Shown here piece by piece: positions 23,207 through 37,569 of a stretch of 64,000 nt of DNA. The notes beneath the pieces are model-generated. The model had not been told where the DNA came from, did not search any database, and was given only the letters and a program-made list of their open reading frames with translations. The position numbers and the translations under genes were made by a program. The first letter of the stretch is position 1; every line of letters begins with the position of its first letter. This DNA is from Mantamonas sphyraenae STR306 (taxonomy: Eukaryota > Protista > CRuMs): assembly GCA_026936335.1 (NCBI GenBank), contig JAPMXV010000005.1:1-64000 (forward strand). Reading direction: 5' to 3'.

Positions 23207-24360
23207 ATGTCATCCTCCTGGAGAAATATTGCCAAGAGAGTGACCCACAAAGAGCGTGGCCAGCTTGCCTCCCGCCGCAAGCTCGGCATGCTCGAAAAGA
23301 AGAAGGACTACCGTCTGCGAGCAAAGGATTACCACCGCAAGCAGCAACGCCTGCAGGTCCTTCGCGAAAAGGCCGCCCTCCGCAACCAGGATGAGTACTA
23401 CAATCGCATGACCCGTGCCCGCGTCAAGGTACCCCGTCCCCATGCCACTGCGTCCGCAACTCGCCGACGACATGCGCTCACACACCGCCGCCCCCACCCT
23501 ACCCCACACACTGCTTGCCCCTTTCCCCACAGGACGGGAAACACGTCGATGTCGCAAAGAACACCCAGAAGCACACTGCAGAGACCCTGAAAAAGTACAA
23601 CAAGCAGGATCTCGACTACCTCCGTCTCAAAGCCGCATCCGAACGGAAAAAGATCTCCCAGCTCGAGGACAGCGTCGCCTTTGTTGAGCTTGCCGCCCAA
23701 GAGCGTGCCCGCCAGGTCCGCAGCAAAATCAAGAGCATCAAAAAGGCCCGCCGTACTGGCCGCAAGCTCTCTGAGCGCGAGCAGCAGCGCGGACTCGGCA
23801 AGCACACCGTCTTTGTCGACACGGAGGACCAAGCCGACGCCTTTGACGCTGCAACGTACTTTGATACCCTCCCCGAGTTTGTTGACCGCACATTCAACCG
23901 CCCTCGCACTGCCCAACTGCAAAACCAGGATCTTCTCACCAACCCGGCCCTTGCCTCCCTCAAGAACGCCGGCCTCGACACCTCCAACGACCCCGTCGCC
24001 AAGCTTGCCCAAGCCACAAACATCCAGGACCTCGAAGAGGCCAAACAACTCGCCCTTCGGTCAAAGCGAAAACGCAACGACTCTGACGACGACAGCGAAC
24101 CAGACGAGCACGATCTCCTCGACGAGGCCCACAACATGCGCATGGTTGCCCAAGCCCAGCAGCAGATCCAAGACCGCCTCGACAAGCGCGCAAAGAAGGA
24201 TGCCAAGAAATACAGAGAGATGCAGGCACGCAAGGAGCGCATCGCAAACCTCCTCGACACCGCAAAGCAGCTCGAGACACAAAAGAACCTCATGGCCAAG
24301 GGCAAGAGGAGGAAGAAGGCCAACGGCGAGTACAAGTGGGCCAAGGAGCGAAAACGATGA
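23207..24360 (+). CDS. UTP11: U3 snoRNP-associated protein 11
   Basis: MSSSWRN...[30 protein letters not shown]...RNQDEYY and terminal YKWAKERKR. Intron 23429..23532. Confidence 0.93.
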
Positions 24361-24378
24361 AAATCCTCTTCCTCTTCC

Positions 24379-27300
24379 TCACCACCAAGCAGGTTGTCCC
24401 TCTCCATCCCCATTCTCCCCACTCCCACTCCCATTCCCATTCCCATCTCCGCTCGTTCTCGTCGCGCCCGTGGCAAACAGCGATCCACCGCCACCCTGTC
24501 CCCCAAACAGCGAGTTGGCAAACAACCCATCGCTTGCACCTGTCCCGCCGCCGCTGCTGCTGCCACTTCCACCTCCATCTCCTCCGTCTCCACTCGACAC
24601 AGGCACAAACGATCCGCCCTCAAAAGAGCCCGTCGCTGCGCTCGACCGCGTGTGGCTACCAAACAGAGAGCCCGTCGCACCACTCCCTCCAAACAGACCG
24701 CCTCCGCCGCCGCCCGTCACCGCCAGCTCGTTTCCGTTTCCGTTTCCTGTCGTCACCGTCGTGCTGCTCGCCACGCCACTGCCACCCACCGCTCCAACTG
24801 CGCTTCCACCCACCGCGTCGCTCGCCTGGCTCGACCGGAACAGATCTGCAGAGAACAGACTCGATTCACTCCACAGCTGGTTCATCACGTTGATCCCTCC
24901 ACCGCTTGTGCTTCCACCGCCAAGTCCTCCACTGGTCCCTCCCATCGTACCAAACATGCTCAGGCCAACCGTGTCCAACGACCCTCCCGAGCTTGTCTCC
25001 CCGCGTCCCACGTCCGCTCCCGTCGTCGTCCTGCTCAGCGTCTCTCCGATGCTGCCAATGCGCTTCGGACGCGCCATGAACCCGTCCAGACTGCCGCTGC
25101 CCTCCTCCCTGTCCACCATTGGCGGGCTGTGCCTTCGCCCTGGCGTCGCATGCATGGCCGGCTCGTGCAGTACCTGCTGTACCATATCCGACTCCTCTCC
25201 CCCGCTGCTCTGCCCCCCTCCACGCTGTCCACTGCTCCGCTTCGCCCCACCCCGCCGCCCACCTCCGCTTGCGTTGCTTCCACCCTCGCCTTCGCCAAGC
25301 CATCGCCCGCCCTGGCTGCGCACCTCGTCCATCTTCACCTTGCCCAGATCGCTGTTGCTGCGCTTTCGCGAGTGTCCACCTCGATCCTTGTGTCCTCGCG
25401 TTCCGCTGCGCGAAGGAACGCTCAAATCGTCCGTCGACGTCCCTCGCTTGCCCCGCTTCCGCGTACCTCCTCGCTCCCCCCCGCGTTCCCCTCCGCTGCC
25501 ATTGCTGTTTGTACTGTTGCGCCCATTGTTGCCATTGCGTCCGCCTCGGCTCAGTCCACTTGGCGCCATGTTCGGAATCTCAGGCAGCGGTTCTCCGCTC
25601 TTGCTGTTGTTCCCATTCCCTCGTTCCCGTCGTCCTCCCTTTGTCGGCGATGCGTTGCGTCTGCTGTTTCCTCCCCGCCCACTCCCTCCACCGCCGCTGC
25701 TGCGCCCTCCACTTCCCTTTTCGTTCTTGCTCACCGGCTCCGGCAGCCTGTTCGCCTGCTCCGCTGCAGCTGCCGCCGCCGCCGCTGCCTTTTCCTTTTC
25801 TCGCCTCTCTTGAGCTTCCTTCTCCTGCGCCTCTCGCTTCTCCTCCTCTGCAGCAGCAGCTGCAGCAGCTGCTGCTGCCACCGCCGCCCGCACGTCCTCC
25901 TTGCTGCCCACCTCCACCCCGCTGTCGCCAGACACCTCCTTTTCCATCGGTTCCACCTTGAGCGGCGTGATTGTCGTCAGGTTTACAGCCGGCATCTCGT
26001 TTTCTTCCTTCTTGATCGTCACCATTCCCTTCTTGCTGCGCAGATCCTCCACACGCTCTTGCTGCCTCACCTCCTTCTTTCCCGCCTTCCTCTCCTTCTC
26101 CATCGCCTCCTTGTCTCCGCTGCCCTTTTTCTCCCCATCTTTGCTCAGCTGATCTCCCTCCTTGTTCTCCCGTGCACCGTCACCTCCGTTGCTCTTTCCG
26201 CCCTTGTTGCTACTGGCCAGCTTCGCCGTCTTCCCTGCCGCCAGCGCCACCTCGGCTTCGTTGCTGCTTGCGCCTCCATCGCTCTTGATTTCCTTCAGAA
26301 GCACGTTTGTCAGCGCCAGAAACACAACCAGCAGCACGCCACTCGACACAAGCCTGATCTTCTGTTCCAACGGCGACGTCTGCGTCAGCTCTGCACACTT
26401 GTCCAGCATGTCGTGCGGCAGCGATGCCATCATCGGGAAGCTCATCACGCCTTGGGACGTGCTCACGTGCAGCTCTCGCTGCACCACAGACGCGCTAAAG
26501 TCAGGCCGGAACGTGATGGCCACGTCCACCACCTGTTCCGGTTGCAGCTGGAATCCCTTGCACTGGTGTACCTGGAACCCGTACGCGTGGCACCCCGCTC
26601 CATTCACACCCATCCCCGTGATCGTGATTGGCAAGTTGCCCGTGTTCACAGCCGTAAACACGCGCGTAAAGGCAATCGCCGGCCCGCTCTCCTCCCCACC
26701 CACGCTGCCTCCCTCCCCACTCTTTGCTTCCTCATTCTCGCCGCTCTTTGCGTCCTCATTCTCGCTCTTGGCCTCCTTCCCCCCCTCGCTCGTCCCTCGA
26801 CGGCACGCTTTCAGGTGTACCCTACGCATCTCAAACTTCAGGTACTTCAGCACACTGCCTCCTCCGTCCGTAAACAGAAAATTGCCCACCCCACCTCGGC
26901 CGCTCACTTTGACCGCCTGCAGGATCGTCAGGTTGTTCTTCACATACAACGTCGTGCTCACAACCTCGGTGCTCGACGGCGAGAAATTCACAATCCCCAC
27001 CTCTTCCTCTGCCCCGGGCTGCACCAGCATCCCTCCTGCAGGCGTGCGGCCAAGCACAAACGCGGCGCCCGCCACGCCACCCGCACCCACGCTTCCACTT
27101 CCGTACGACGAGAAGCCTCCGTGTCCACCACGCATGCCCACCGCCCCTTGACCAGCACCGCTGCTGCTCTGGCTGCTTTGATTGCTCGGCAACGGAAGCA
27201 ATTGCACGTGTACCGGCTTGTCCGAAGGATTGAACACACGCACAGACTTGGAAATCGTTGTCCCCACAGGGCTCAGCGGAAACACAATGCTCTCCTTCAC

Positions 27301-30036
27301 CAGCGTCGGCTTGCTCAGCGACGCACGCACGTTGATTGTGTAGCCCATCACCACGTCCGTGTGCAACGTAATCGTCGCCCCGATTTGCGTCGCCTCCGAC
27401 CGCTGCAGCCCTTCCCAGATCGCCTCTCTTCGCTTCAGCGCGAGCACGTCTCTCTTTGTCAGCGGCTCGCCAGGCTTCGACAGACCCGCCTGTGCACCAA
27501 TGCTGCTCTCCGCCATGTAGTTGTCCTCGTACGACACCTTGGACGGGTCAAACGTCACGTGCCCAATCACCACCGTCACGTTCGGCTGCAGCGTCCGCGT
27601 GCGAAGCTGCGGCAAGATGCGCACGTCGCTCGACGTTATCGACACAACCGTCAGGGCGCGGTTGTACGTGCTCTTTGCCACAATCTCCCGCCGCATCAGC
27701 TTGCCTGGGAACGACATGCCGAAATCCACGCTCGCTGGCGTCAGCGTAAGCGTGCCCTGCATGCTGTGGTACAACACCGCCACTTCTATGCTCTCGTGTG
27801 CCGTTTCAAACCGGCACAGGCACCTGCCCGTCGTCTCGCTCCCGATCTTCAGGTCCAGGCTCACCACAGCCGTGTATCCGGCCCCCAGCACAAGCGACGG
27901 CTCACGCGCACTCCCGCCCTCAAGCTCATGTGCAGCCACCTGGATGGGCTGCATACGTCCCTCTTCGTCCCAAATCGATCCAATACGGATGGCCAGCTCC
28001 GACGGGCATTCCGACGTCACACGCTGCACCGCAATGCCCACCGGGTTATCATTGGTCAGATTGAACGTCCGCGAGCGCATCTCGTTGACTCCAAGCACGC
28101 CAAAGTCCACCTCGTTGCTCACTCCTTCCCCTTGATCCGCCGCGCTCTTGCCAGCGCCGTCGCCCGTTCCGCTCACGCCTGCGTTCTCCCCTTCCTCCCC
28201 AGAGTGGGCCGCAATCCCAATTGCCCCCGTGTCCGGAATGGCCACTTGCAGCATCCCGTGGTACGAGTGCAACGGGATGCGCACCACAGACGCGTTTGTG
28301 TTCAGCGTCAGCAGAGCCGCGTGCACTCCTTGCGTCCCGTTCGGCTTGAACAGGATCGACAGCGCACTCCATGTCGTGCCCGGAGGCACTATGCTTCCAG
28401 GCACGAAATCGCCTACTGAAAAAAGGCCGTCGTTCACCTCTGCCGAGTACACCATCACCGGCTCCTCAAATTCGTTCTTCACTTGCAGTCGCTGCCGCAC
28501 AGCTTTGTCGCCCAGCGCCAAAAAGTTGGTCTGCTCCTTGCGGAAAGACAGCGAGCCGTGCAGCACTCGTCCACGGTACGGCACGCGAATGTGCGCGTTA
28601 TTCGGGTTTGTGTCGTTCGTGCGCACGAGCACCGTCCCCTCTGCCAGTCCCTTGTGGTTTGCCAGAAACGTCAGTGTCGCTACTTCAACCATTTCGCCGG
28701 GTTTCAGCACAGGCCGGTGCGACACCATGTGCAGCCGCGGCTCCTGGTGGCTCACTTCCAGCACTTGCAGCGGCGTCGGGCCGCTATTCAGCAGGCTCAC
28801 GTTCAGCGTCACATTTTCTGTCGTTCGCGTCAGCGTACCGAAATCCAGCTCCTCTGGGATGCGGTGGATCCCGCCCTTGATGGTCTGCACGTCCACAGGG
28901 ATAATCAGGTCGTCTGCGCTCGTCTTGACATTCACAAACCCCTGGTACCGTCCAGCCGTCTGCGAGATGAACGACAAATGCACAAGTGTCGACTGCTGCA
29001 ACGGTGCAATTGTCCACGTCTGCTTCAGCCGTGCCTGCGACGACTCGGTGTGCTTCTCTTCCGGCAGGTTCAGGTGCAAAAAGCCGCCCGACGTGTAAAC
29101 CTCGTTCACCGTCAGCGTCTCGCTGTCCGACGGGTTGTAGATGGTGATATCCGGTGCGTAGTGCACGCCCACAGGCAGCCGCACGGCCACCAGCGGTTGC
29201 ACTCGATATGGATTCGGCACGCCCACGCCCGTGATGCGGTGCTTGATGACCCCCACGGACGTTTGGATGACAAGGTGTGATTCCACGGGGCCAAGTGCAC
29301 GCGGCAGGAACACCACCGACAAGGTCGTGTTTGCCCCGGGCGGAGTCACCGTATACTTGAAGAAAGACGAGTGGAAATGCACGGACACCACCGTGATGCT
29401 GAACACGTGCAGGTCCTCGTCCAGGATGTTGGTGAAGTTCACAGACACCACTGCGGGTATACACAGCGATCTGCATGTCGTGGCGTGTCAGTGAACGCCT
29501 CCCACACCCTCCTCATGCGCCTCGCACACTTTGTTCTCCCGCGCGCAGAAAATGGCTCGACCCACCGTTCACCAAAAGACAAAACTTCCGGATCCACCTG
29601 CAGCGGATTCACGTTTGCTTGGCTCGCCACATTAGCTTGAGCTGCTGCGCAGCTCGGGTTGTCCACATTGGCTGGATCAGAGCACAGCTGAGAGCTCTCC
29701 ATCACATCGAACGGCGAGTCGTTCGCTGTCCCTTGCGAATTCGTTGCCACGTTGCCGTCGCCTGTTTGCACCATCACCCACACACTCCGAGTCAGTTGAC
29801 GCCGCGCACACCTGCCCACATCGCCCCACAACCTGTTTCCTTCCATTCTGCAGTGTCTCCACCCACACGGCCGACTCTAGTCCGCACAAGCAGCTTGTGT
29901 GCTTGCAGCTTGCGCGGACGTGACCCTGCTGCGCCACTCCCTCACACTCACATTGCACAACCGCAGCCACGGATACCAACAGTACACAAACGCACACCAG
30001 CAGCAGCCGTCTCCCGATCTGGCGCGTGCTTGGCAT
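24379..30036 (-). CDS. TMEM131: TMEM131-like protein (tandem Ig-like/ASH domains, TM, long disordered tail)
   Basis: Signal peptide; FGERSLCIP formed across a splice; HFHSSFF; VVFLPRALG; GVGVPNPYR; YVKNNLT; NTGNLP...FRPDFS. Two 5' introns. Confidence 0.88.
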
Positions 30037-30200
30037 GTGTCGCTTGGCGTTTATCGTTGCGGCCGCCCACGCACCTCGATCCTCCTCGCCAATCCCGCCA
30101 CATTCCGTTTTCCGCCCGACCCCGAAAGGCGAAACACCAACCTCCCGATCCCTTCACTGCCCCAACCCTCTGATCCCGTCTGGCGCCCAACTCCGTTTTC

Positions 30201-32105
30201 ATGGTGCGTTTTGACATCCGCCATCTTGCCGCAGCCGCAGTCCATGCCTCTCTCACACTCCCTCGTCTCCTGCACCCCAGTCAACTTCCCAGTGGTTGCC
30301 CAGTGCCTCCCTCTCGGCCTCTCGACGGCGCAAACAGCGGACCAAGCAGGTGTCCTTCCAAACCGCCCTCAGCAAGGCTGAACACCTCCTCGAGCTCCTC
30401 GACGAGAGTCGTGCAGTTCAGCGCCAGCTGCCACACACGGTTGAGCATTGCCAAATGATCATTGAGCAGCTCCCACAAAGCGTCGACGTGCCAGCTACCT
30501 CCTCGGAGGACAGCCAGCCCAGCCCCGCCGAGCTGTACCTGCAGGCAGTCGCCGCAAACATGGAAGCCACCCTCGACAAGTGCGCAGACAACGTCTCCAA
30601 AATGAGTCTCAAGGACGGCAAGTGGCGCCTTGAGCTTCTCAACAGAGCCGAGCTGTACGAGCTGCTTCTCCTGCGTCAGCTGGTATGTTCTCCTGGCTTT
30701 CGGCAAACTCACAAGCCCATCCCCGTTGCCCGTCTCCTTGCTCACACCGTGACCCCGACTGCCTCTGACGCCACCCCCCTCCCCCTTCTCCAGAACGAGT
30801 TGAAAAACATGGTCAACTGCAAGGACAATCCCACGTTGCTCATCAGCGACCCGCTCGCTCGCGAATTCTGGAAAGACAACTTTGGTGCCGGCTGCCTCTC
30901 TGTCGACTGGTCCACATTCTACGCATGCCTGTCGGACCACGCGCAACTCGGCCAATCCGAAGCAAGCACCCTCGAGCCCACCATTGGTCCCATCCTCGGT
31001 AAGCTGGGCTCGCACACCCGCGTCCTTGTCCTCCCGCTCTCACACTCGTGCACCCATCCCCGTAGACTTCTGCTTCGACATGAACGTATCCGCCTACGAA
31101 TTCTCCATCTTTGTCCTCCTTTTCGGTCCGTTCAAGGATGCGGTGGCCAATCTGCGCCGAGTCGTGGCCCATGGCTCCTTCTTTGCCTTTATGACCTGGG
31201 AGCGTGCTGAAGTGCTACTCACAGCCAAGCCCGAGGGAACCTACATTCTGCGCTTCTCACGCAGCTCGCCCGGCGCATGGGCCATCGATGTCATGCAGCG
31301 CCACGGCCACATTCGCCACGTCCTCCACGCCCGTGAAGCCTCCTCCTCCGACTTTGTCCTTGATGCCATCGAAAGGCACACAGAAGTGTATACATATCCA
31401 TACCGCGGCTCTCTCGACGACCAATCCTCGCACGAGCAGCTTGCCGCGACCGCAGCCGCACACAATCCGTACCACGCTGCTCGCGACGACGACGCAGACG
31501 ACGACGCAGACGTTGCCTCCTCCGATCCCAGCGCTTCCTTTGAAGATAGCATCTGCGACATTTGCCTAAGCCGCCTCAAATCCACAAAGCTGCTGCCGTG
31601 TCAACATGACACCTGCAGTGCCTGCGCCTCGGCCTGGCTCCAGGAGAATCTGACGTGCCCCTTCTGCAGAGGCGAGGTCAAGGGCCTCATTGACATCGAC
31701 CGGGTAGGCCTCTCTGAAGAGCGCCGAGCTCACAACTTGGTAGCCGAGCAGGACGATCAGTCTGTGCTCACCGTCGACTTTGACGCAGAGACCACCGCCA
31801 GCGACATCCAAGCTGGCGACGTGGACACCCCCGCAGACACTGTCTTGGACGTTCGCGACCACGCCCTGCCCCAGCGGCTCTACATGGCCACCCATTTTGA
31901 CGGCACCGCTCCATTCACAGCGCAAGACCTCGTCCCAGATGAGGCCCCTGCCAAGGCCTCTTCCACAGAGAGCAGCAACCCCCAAGCCGATCCCGAACCA
32001 TCCACACAGATCCAGCCGTCTTCATTTCTCAATCACACACGCCGCGTGTCCCACTCGCTCCATCAACCTGTCCTCGACGACGACTCGTCCGACGACGAGC
32101 CGTGA
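30201..32105 (+). CDS. CBL: Cbl-like E3 ubiquitin ligase (4-helix/EF-hand/SH2 TKB + RING)
   Basis: AREFWKDNFG, ILDFCFDMNVSAYEFSIFVLLFGPF, AFMTWE..EVLL...PEGTYILRFSRSSPGAWAI, RING CDIC...PCQHDTCSAC..W....TCPFCR. First coding exon is the ATG alone (intron 30204..30280), followed by two more introns. Confidence 0.85.
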
Positions 32106-32129
32106 CGATGCCGATGCGTGTGCACGGTG

Positions 32130-34393
32130 CTACAGCCGCTGGCGCTTGGTGTCCGGCTGTCCATCGGTCGTGATGACACCGTCGTTTCGCATTCGCTTGT
32201 GATGCGTGTACGTCACATCCTCAATGCTCATGTTGGTCACCATGGCCTCGGCCTCGCGTTGCTCCACGTCGCTCAGCGGCACGTAGCCTGGGTACTCGTT
32301 CCCATGCGAGTCTGTGCACGAAAGCACACATGCATGGTCTTCTGGCTCGGCCGCCACCTCAAAATGCAACCGTTTTACCTTGTACAAGCCGCGATACTTA
32401 TCAAAGTCCAGCTTCTGGCGAAACTGCACTGCAAAGCCCACAATCAAATTACGAGCCACCTCGTGGTCCGTCTTGTTGCAGGCCTCCATTGCCGCCTCTG
32501 CGCTTTTGCGGTCCTTGTACACCACAAACGCAGAGCCATTGTACTCTTTTGGCACTACTTCCTTCAAATCACCAAACTGCGAAAAGAATTCAACCATCGG
32601 CTCTCGCTGAAAGTGTTCGGGCACACGCCCCACATACAGCTGCCTCGCCAGCCCTGTCACTACACCCCCCACCATCGACGGGCCCCGTTGTTGTTGCTGC
32701 TGCTGCGAATGTTGCTGCTGCGAATGCATCTGCTGGGCCACATACCCCTGTTGTTGGTGCGTCTGCCCCATCAGGGACGGCTGCTGTTGCTGGTGCTGGC
32801 CACCGCCCATCATTTGACCACCTTGACCAACATGTTGTTGTTGCTGTTGTTGCGGCTGCTGCTGCGGCTGCTGTTGCACCTGCTGCACTTGCATCTGCAT
32901 TGCACCAGCATGCGGGCCAGACCCGAGGAGTCCAGGGCCCCCGGAACTGCTTGTGCTGTTCGAGCCCGAGCTCGTGCTCGTGCTCGTGCTCGTACTACTC
33001 GTGACCATCTCATTCCCGCCTTTTCCTACTGCCGTGGTCAACAACGTGGCCACTTGCTGTTGAAACTGCTGCGGGTTTTCATCCAACAGCCGCTGCAAAT
33101 GTGGAAACTGCTGCAACAACGCTGCAATCGCTGGATTGCTCGCCACCTGCGATTTGAGCGCATTCAGCTGCTCCATCACTGCTCCTCCACCTCCACCTCC
33201 AACTACACTCCGGTTCACATTCGTGTTGCCATTTGACAACAACCCGCTGCCGCCCCCCAAACGCGGACTCATATTCCCTCCTCCACTGCCGACGTCAAAC
33301 CGTTGCGGCGAGTCCATCGATGTGCTCCCCTGGGGACTGAGGCCCAGTCCCTGCATTGCCCAGTTGCCTCCATACTGCTGAACGCCTCCCAACGACTGCG
33401 GCGACATGCTGTTGCCAAAGAGTGCCTCATTGCTGCTAGATTTCACCATGCCGCCTGCACTACCTGCTGCAGGCGCCAAATTACTACCACTCACTTGCTT
33501 TACCGCGTCCACCAGCCCGCTCAGGTTCAGCCCGGCCAGCTTCTGCATCGCCTCCGCTTTGTTCACTTCTCGCTCCTGCCGCAGCCGCTTCTGCCGCAGC
33601 GCTTCCACGTCCACCACCTCGTCGTCGTCGTCTTCATCGTCTTCGTCGTCTCCAAAATTCAATTCCAGCCTTTCCTCGTCCCCTCCGCCTCCTCCGCCAC
33701 CTCCCTGACCTGGCACGCCTCCCACGCTTTCCACGTACAGGTCCTCCAGCGTATCCAGCATCTCATGTCCAAACATCCCTGATGTCCGCCACACGCCAAT
33801 TAGCTTGTGCACCTTGCTCTGTGTGTCCGCGTGTCCCTCGTTGCATTGTCAGCGACCCACACAAGGCCTACCTCCCTCAGGAATTGTCGCGCGCACTTTC
33901 CACACCCTCGCCGCCGCTTCCCCTACCCACCACCGTCTCTTCTCCTCTCTGCCCTACCTTTTCCTTTGACGACGAATGCTTAAGCACCGTTTTCACCGTG
34001 TCCTGCAGCCGCTGTCCGAACCGCTCCTCATACGGGTCCTTGTGACGCAACCGGTGCTTGCTGTTCTTGACGATTGCGTCCACCACGTACAGCGCCGACA
34101 ACGCCGCCCCCTTGCCCGCCGCATACTTCACAAACTTTTCCACTGCGTGCACGACAAACTTGTAGTGCTATGTGCAAGCCCATGCATCGGCCCGCGTTCC
34201 ATGTGAGCCCCTTGCGTGTGTGCACGGTACAAAAACTACACACGCCGTTCCCGCTTCTCACCTTCAGCTCCTTCAGCGCCTGCGAACAGATGTCCCGCAT
34301 CTTGCTCTCCGCTACAATGGCGCCCTTGCCCCTGCCCTTTGCCAACGACGAGTGCAGCAGCCGATTAAACTCCTTCTCGTGATCCCAGCCCAT
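32130..34393 (-). CDS. CID + RRM protein (SCAF4/8, Nrd1/Seb1-like RNA Pol II CTD-binding)
   Basis: CID motifs HYKFVVHAVEKFV, LSALYVVDAIV, KVHKLIGVW; Q-rich linker; RRM RQLYVGRVP...SAFVVYKDRKSAEAA. Two introns. Confidence 0.8.
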
Positions 34394-34453
34394 CCACAAG
34401 AAACGCTTTCGTGCCGCCACCTGCGCAAGCCTGCATTTTTTTCCTTGCTCTGC

Positions 34454-37400
34454 TCACAGCTCCCACTTGTCCAACAACGATTCCAGTTGCTTCCTGTTCT
34501 TCTTTGCCTTGCGTCGCTTGGATGCGCTTCCCTTGTTCTTGTTGCTACCTGTGCTGCTCGTCAACCTCGACTCTCCTCCACGTCGGTGCCTGCTCCATTG
34601 CAGCAGCTCTTCCAACGACTCGTCCAACCTCGACAACGTGTCCTGCGTCCTTGCTTCCATCTGCCGTACACGTTCAAACCCAGGCAGCTCGTGCTGCATG
34701 CCAGGTTGGTCCTCGTCCTCGTACTCGTCCTCCTCGTCGTCCTCCTCCTCCTCGTCCTCCTCCTCATAATCCTCCTCCTCGTCGTCCTCCTCATCTCCGT
34801 CATCCTCTCCATCCTCCTCCTCATCGTCTGCTTCACCTCCAAGCAGGCGGTCGTAGAAAGACCCGTGAAAGTCGCTCGCATTCGTCACATTCAGGCCACC
34901 ATGGCTGCCACTGCTACCGTGGCTGCCTGTGCTTGCTTGCAACCCTGCTCGCTGCTGCTGCTGAGCCCGCACGTACTCGTCAAACGACAGCCGCATGTTG
35001 GCCGACATTACTTTCGCCGCGCGCACGCTCGTTTTGCCTTGCGACGCCCGCAGGCTCGCTCCTTGCTGGACTTTCTTTGCACGGATGCCTTTCAGCGTTT
35101 CCTTCAGCTCCACAATCTGCAGATCTCGAAACTCCAGATCGTGGCTCATCACTTGCAGTTTGCGCTCGTAGCTCATTGTCAGCTGCTTGATGTCCAGCTT
35201 GATCTTGTTCAGCTTGAACAGTGTCTCTTCTTTCCACTCTTCCCGCAGCACGTCCACAGCCTGGCTGTGTTCCAGCTTCAGCCGCTCCATACCCACGCGC
35301 AGCTCGGCTGCCTCACGCTCCGCCATCTCCTTCTTCTCCTTCATCTCGTCATACCGCGCACGCATTGTCGTCAACGCTTCAGCGTCTCGGCGAGCTTGCT
35401 CCAGCACTTCACTCTGCCCTTCCACCTCTGCTCTGGCCGACGCCTTGGCCGCCGCCACCGCCGCCTCTCCTGCAGACGTCGACGTCTTCTCCAGCTGCTG
35501 CGACATCGCCTTGAGCATCTGCAACACCTTGTTTTGCGACTCCTCCAGCTTGCGCTCGCTTTTCTCCAAGCTTTTGCGCGTGTTCTCTGCCTCGGTGTTT
35601 GCGGCCGCCAACCCAGCTTCCAGCCGCTTCGCCTCCTGCACTGCTTGCTCCCGAGCTTTGCTCTCCTTCTCTGCTCGCTCACGCGCATTCGCAAGCTCCG
35701 ATTCCAGCTGCTTCCTCAGCGCACGCTCCTTCTCCCACGACGCTTTGACTTCGCTCAGTTTCTCCTGCAGCACCCCCGACCGCTCCAGCGCCTCTGTCTT
35801 TTTGCCCAGCCGTTGCATCTCTCCAGACAGTGCCTTGACCTGTTCCAACACCTGTGCCTGCAGCTCCGACGACGCGTCAAAGCGACGCCCGCCCCCGCTG
35901 CTCAACGACGCAGCGCCAGATCCAGCCGACAACATGGCGCTTGAGTCGGACCGTTTCACGCCTGAGCGTCCACCTCCACTCAATCTGCTCGATCCAGACT
36001 TGCTGTTGCCCCCCGAGCCGGCACGCCGCAACGGCCGCGCTTCGTCTTCGTTCCAACTGCTGGCTGTTTGCAAGCCACCTCCACCTGCGCTGATCGGGCT
36101 CGTCTCGCGTGCGTTGCCTGCACTCCCTGCGCTGTGTACGCCTCGGCTGCGCCCTCCTTCCGAGCTTCCGCTTGCGCTGCCGCTGCTCACGTCCACGCTC
36201 AGCACAGGTCGTGCCTTGCTTCCGCCGCCTCCTTCCACGTTCGTAATCACCGAACCCTGGTCCGACGATTCGTCATCAAACACCGTTTCCACCTCGTCAG
36301 CGTCAATGGCCAGCGAATCGTCCATGCCTCCGTTCGTTTGCACCGACCACACTTTCACCGTCTTGTCCCACGAACACGACCACACCTCGTCCACAACTCC
36401 ATTTCCACCATGAGCCACCGGCGCAAGCATGTTCACAGCTCCCTTGTGTGCTTTGAACTGGCCCACGCATTCAAAGCTGCTGGCTTCCCACAGACGAATG
36501 CGCTTGTCCGTCGAGCAGCTCCACACGTACTCGTTGATCACCAGCAGCGACGTGATCCATCCCTTGTGCGGCACAACCTGTCTCAGTTGCTCTCCCGTCT
36601 ACACCCATCCGCCCGCCATGAACACACCGGCCCAAGTTCCGTGTCAGTCTTGCTGCCCGGCACGACTCGTCAAAACGCTGACGAAAAAAAATTCGCAACG
36701 GCAACCCAGCCCTTCCTACCTCCAGGTCCCACATCACCAGCGTCTTGTCTGCACCGCCACTCCAAATTGTGTCACTGTACCGTGCCATGCACAGAACGGG
36801 ACTCTTGTGTGCGCTCAGCTTGTCCACCTCGCTGCCAGTCTGCACAGAGGCACACGCGCTGTGTGTGAGCGTACGTCTTTCGCGCGCCTTCTCTCTCTCG
36901 TGCCACACCTCTTTTCCCGACCCCGCTCCTCCTTCCATCGCACATGCATCCCATCCCACACATGCCTTCTTGCATCCTCCATCGCCTTCCCCTCTGCCCA
37001 TGCACTGCACGTGCTGTGTCCACGCGTGAGTGTACCGCACCGCCGCTTACCTCTGTGTTCCAGATACGAATGCTGTTGTCGTCCGCACCACTCCACACGC
37101 GGTTGTACGCCGCCTCCACCAGGCAGCGCACCCAGTTCTCGTGGCCCTTGCATTCTTGCACCAACTGCCCACTGCTGCGGTTCCACACGCACACGCGCGC
37201 GTCCTCGCCTCCGCTGTACACCACGTCTTCCGTGCTCGAGCTCCGCAGCACCACCACGCGACCCTTGTGCGCCTCCACACGCATCTGCACGTCCGCTCCG
37301 TTGGTGTCGCTCACCACTCGAATCATGCCGTCGCTCCATCCCGTCCACACCGTGCCCGGTGCGCCCTTGGCAAGGCTGCAGGCAAACTCGTTGCGCGATT

Positions 37401-37569
37401 CTCGCACGCTGCCCACGCTCTCGCTTGTCTCTACGCTCAGTCGATGTACAGACCCGTCCCGCGACGCTCCCCACACCTCGTTTTCGTTGACACTCAGCAG
37501 CTCCCGGTATGGCACCTCTGCATCGGTTTCCCGTAGCAGATCACCCGTGATCTTTGGGGCTTTGGCCAT
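34454..37569 (-). CDS. WD40-repeat protein with coiled-coil and acidic C-terminus
   Basis: Repeated WD units (VWSGADDNSIRIW, IWSGGADKTLVMWD, VWSCSWDKTVKVW). Two introns. Long heptad region. Confidence 0.82.

Noticed and set aside
24394-28419. Very long antisense or alternate-frame ORFs (e.g. 24394..28419 +, 1798..4125 -, 23681..25813 +, 13700..15199 +, 34172..35944 +)
   Set aside because: They are shadows of real genes in GC-rich, stop-poor sequence. Their translations are low-complexity with no recognisable motifs.
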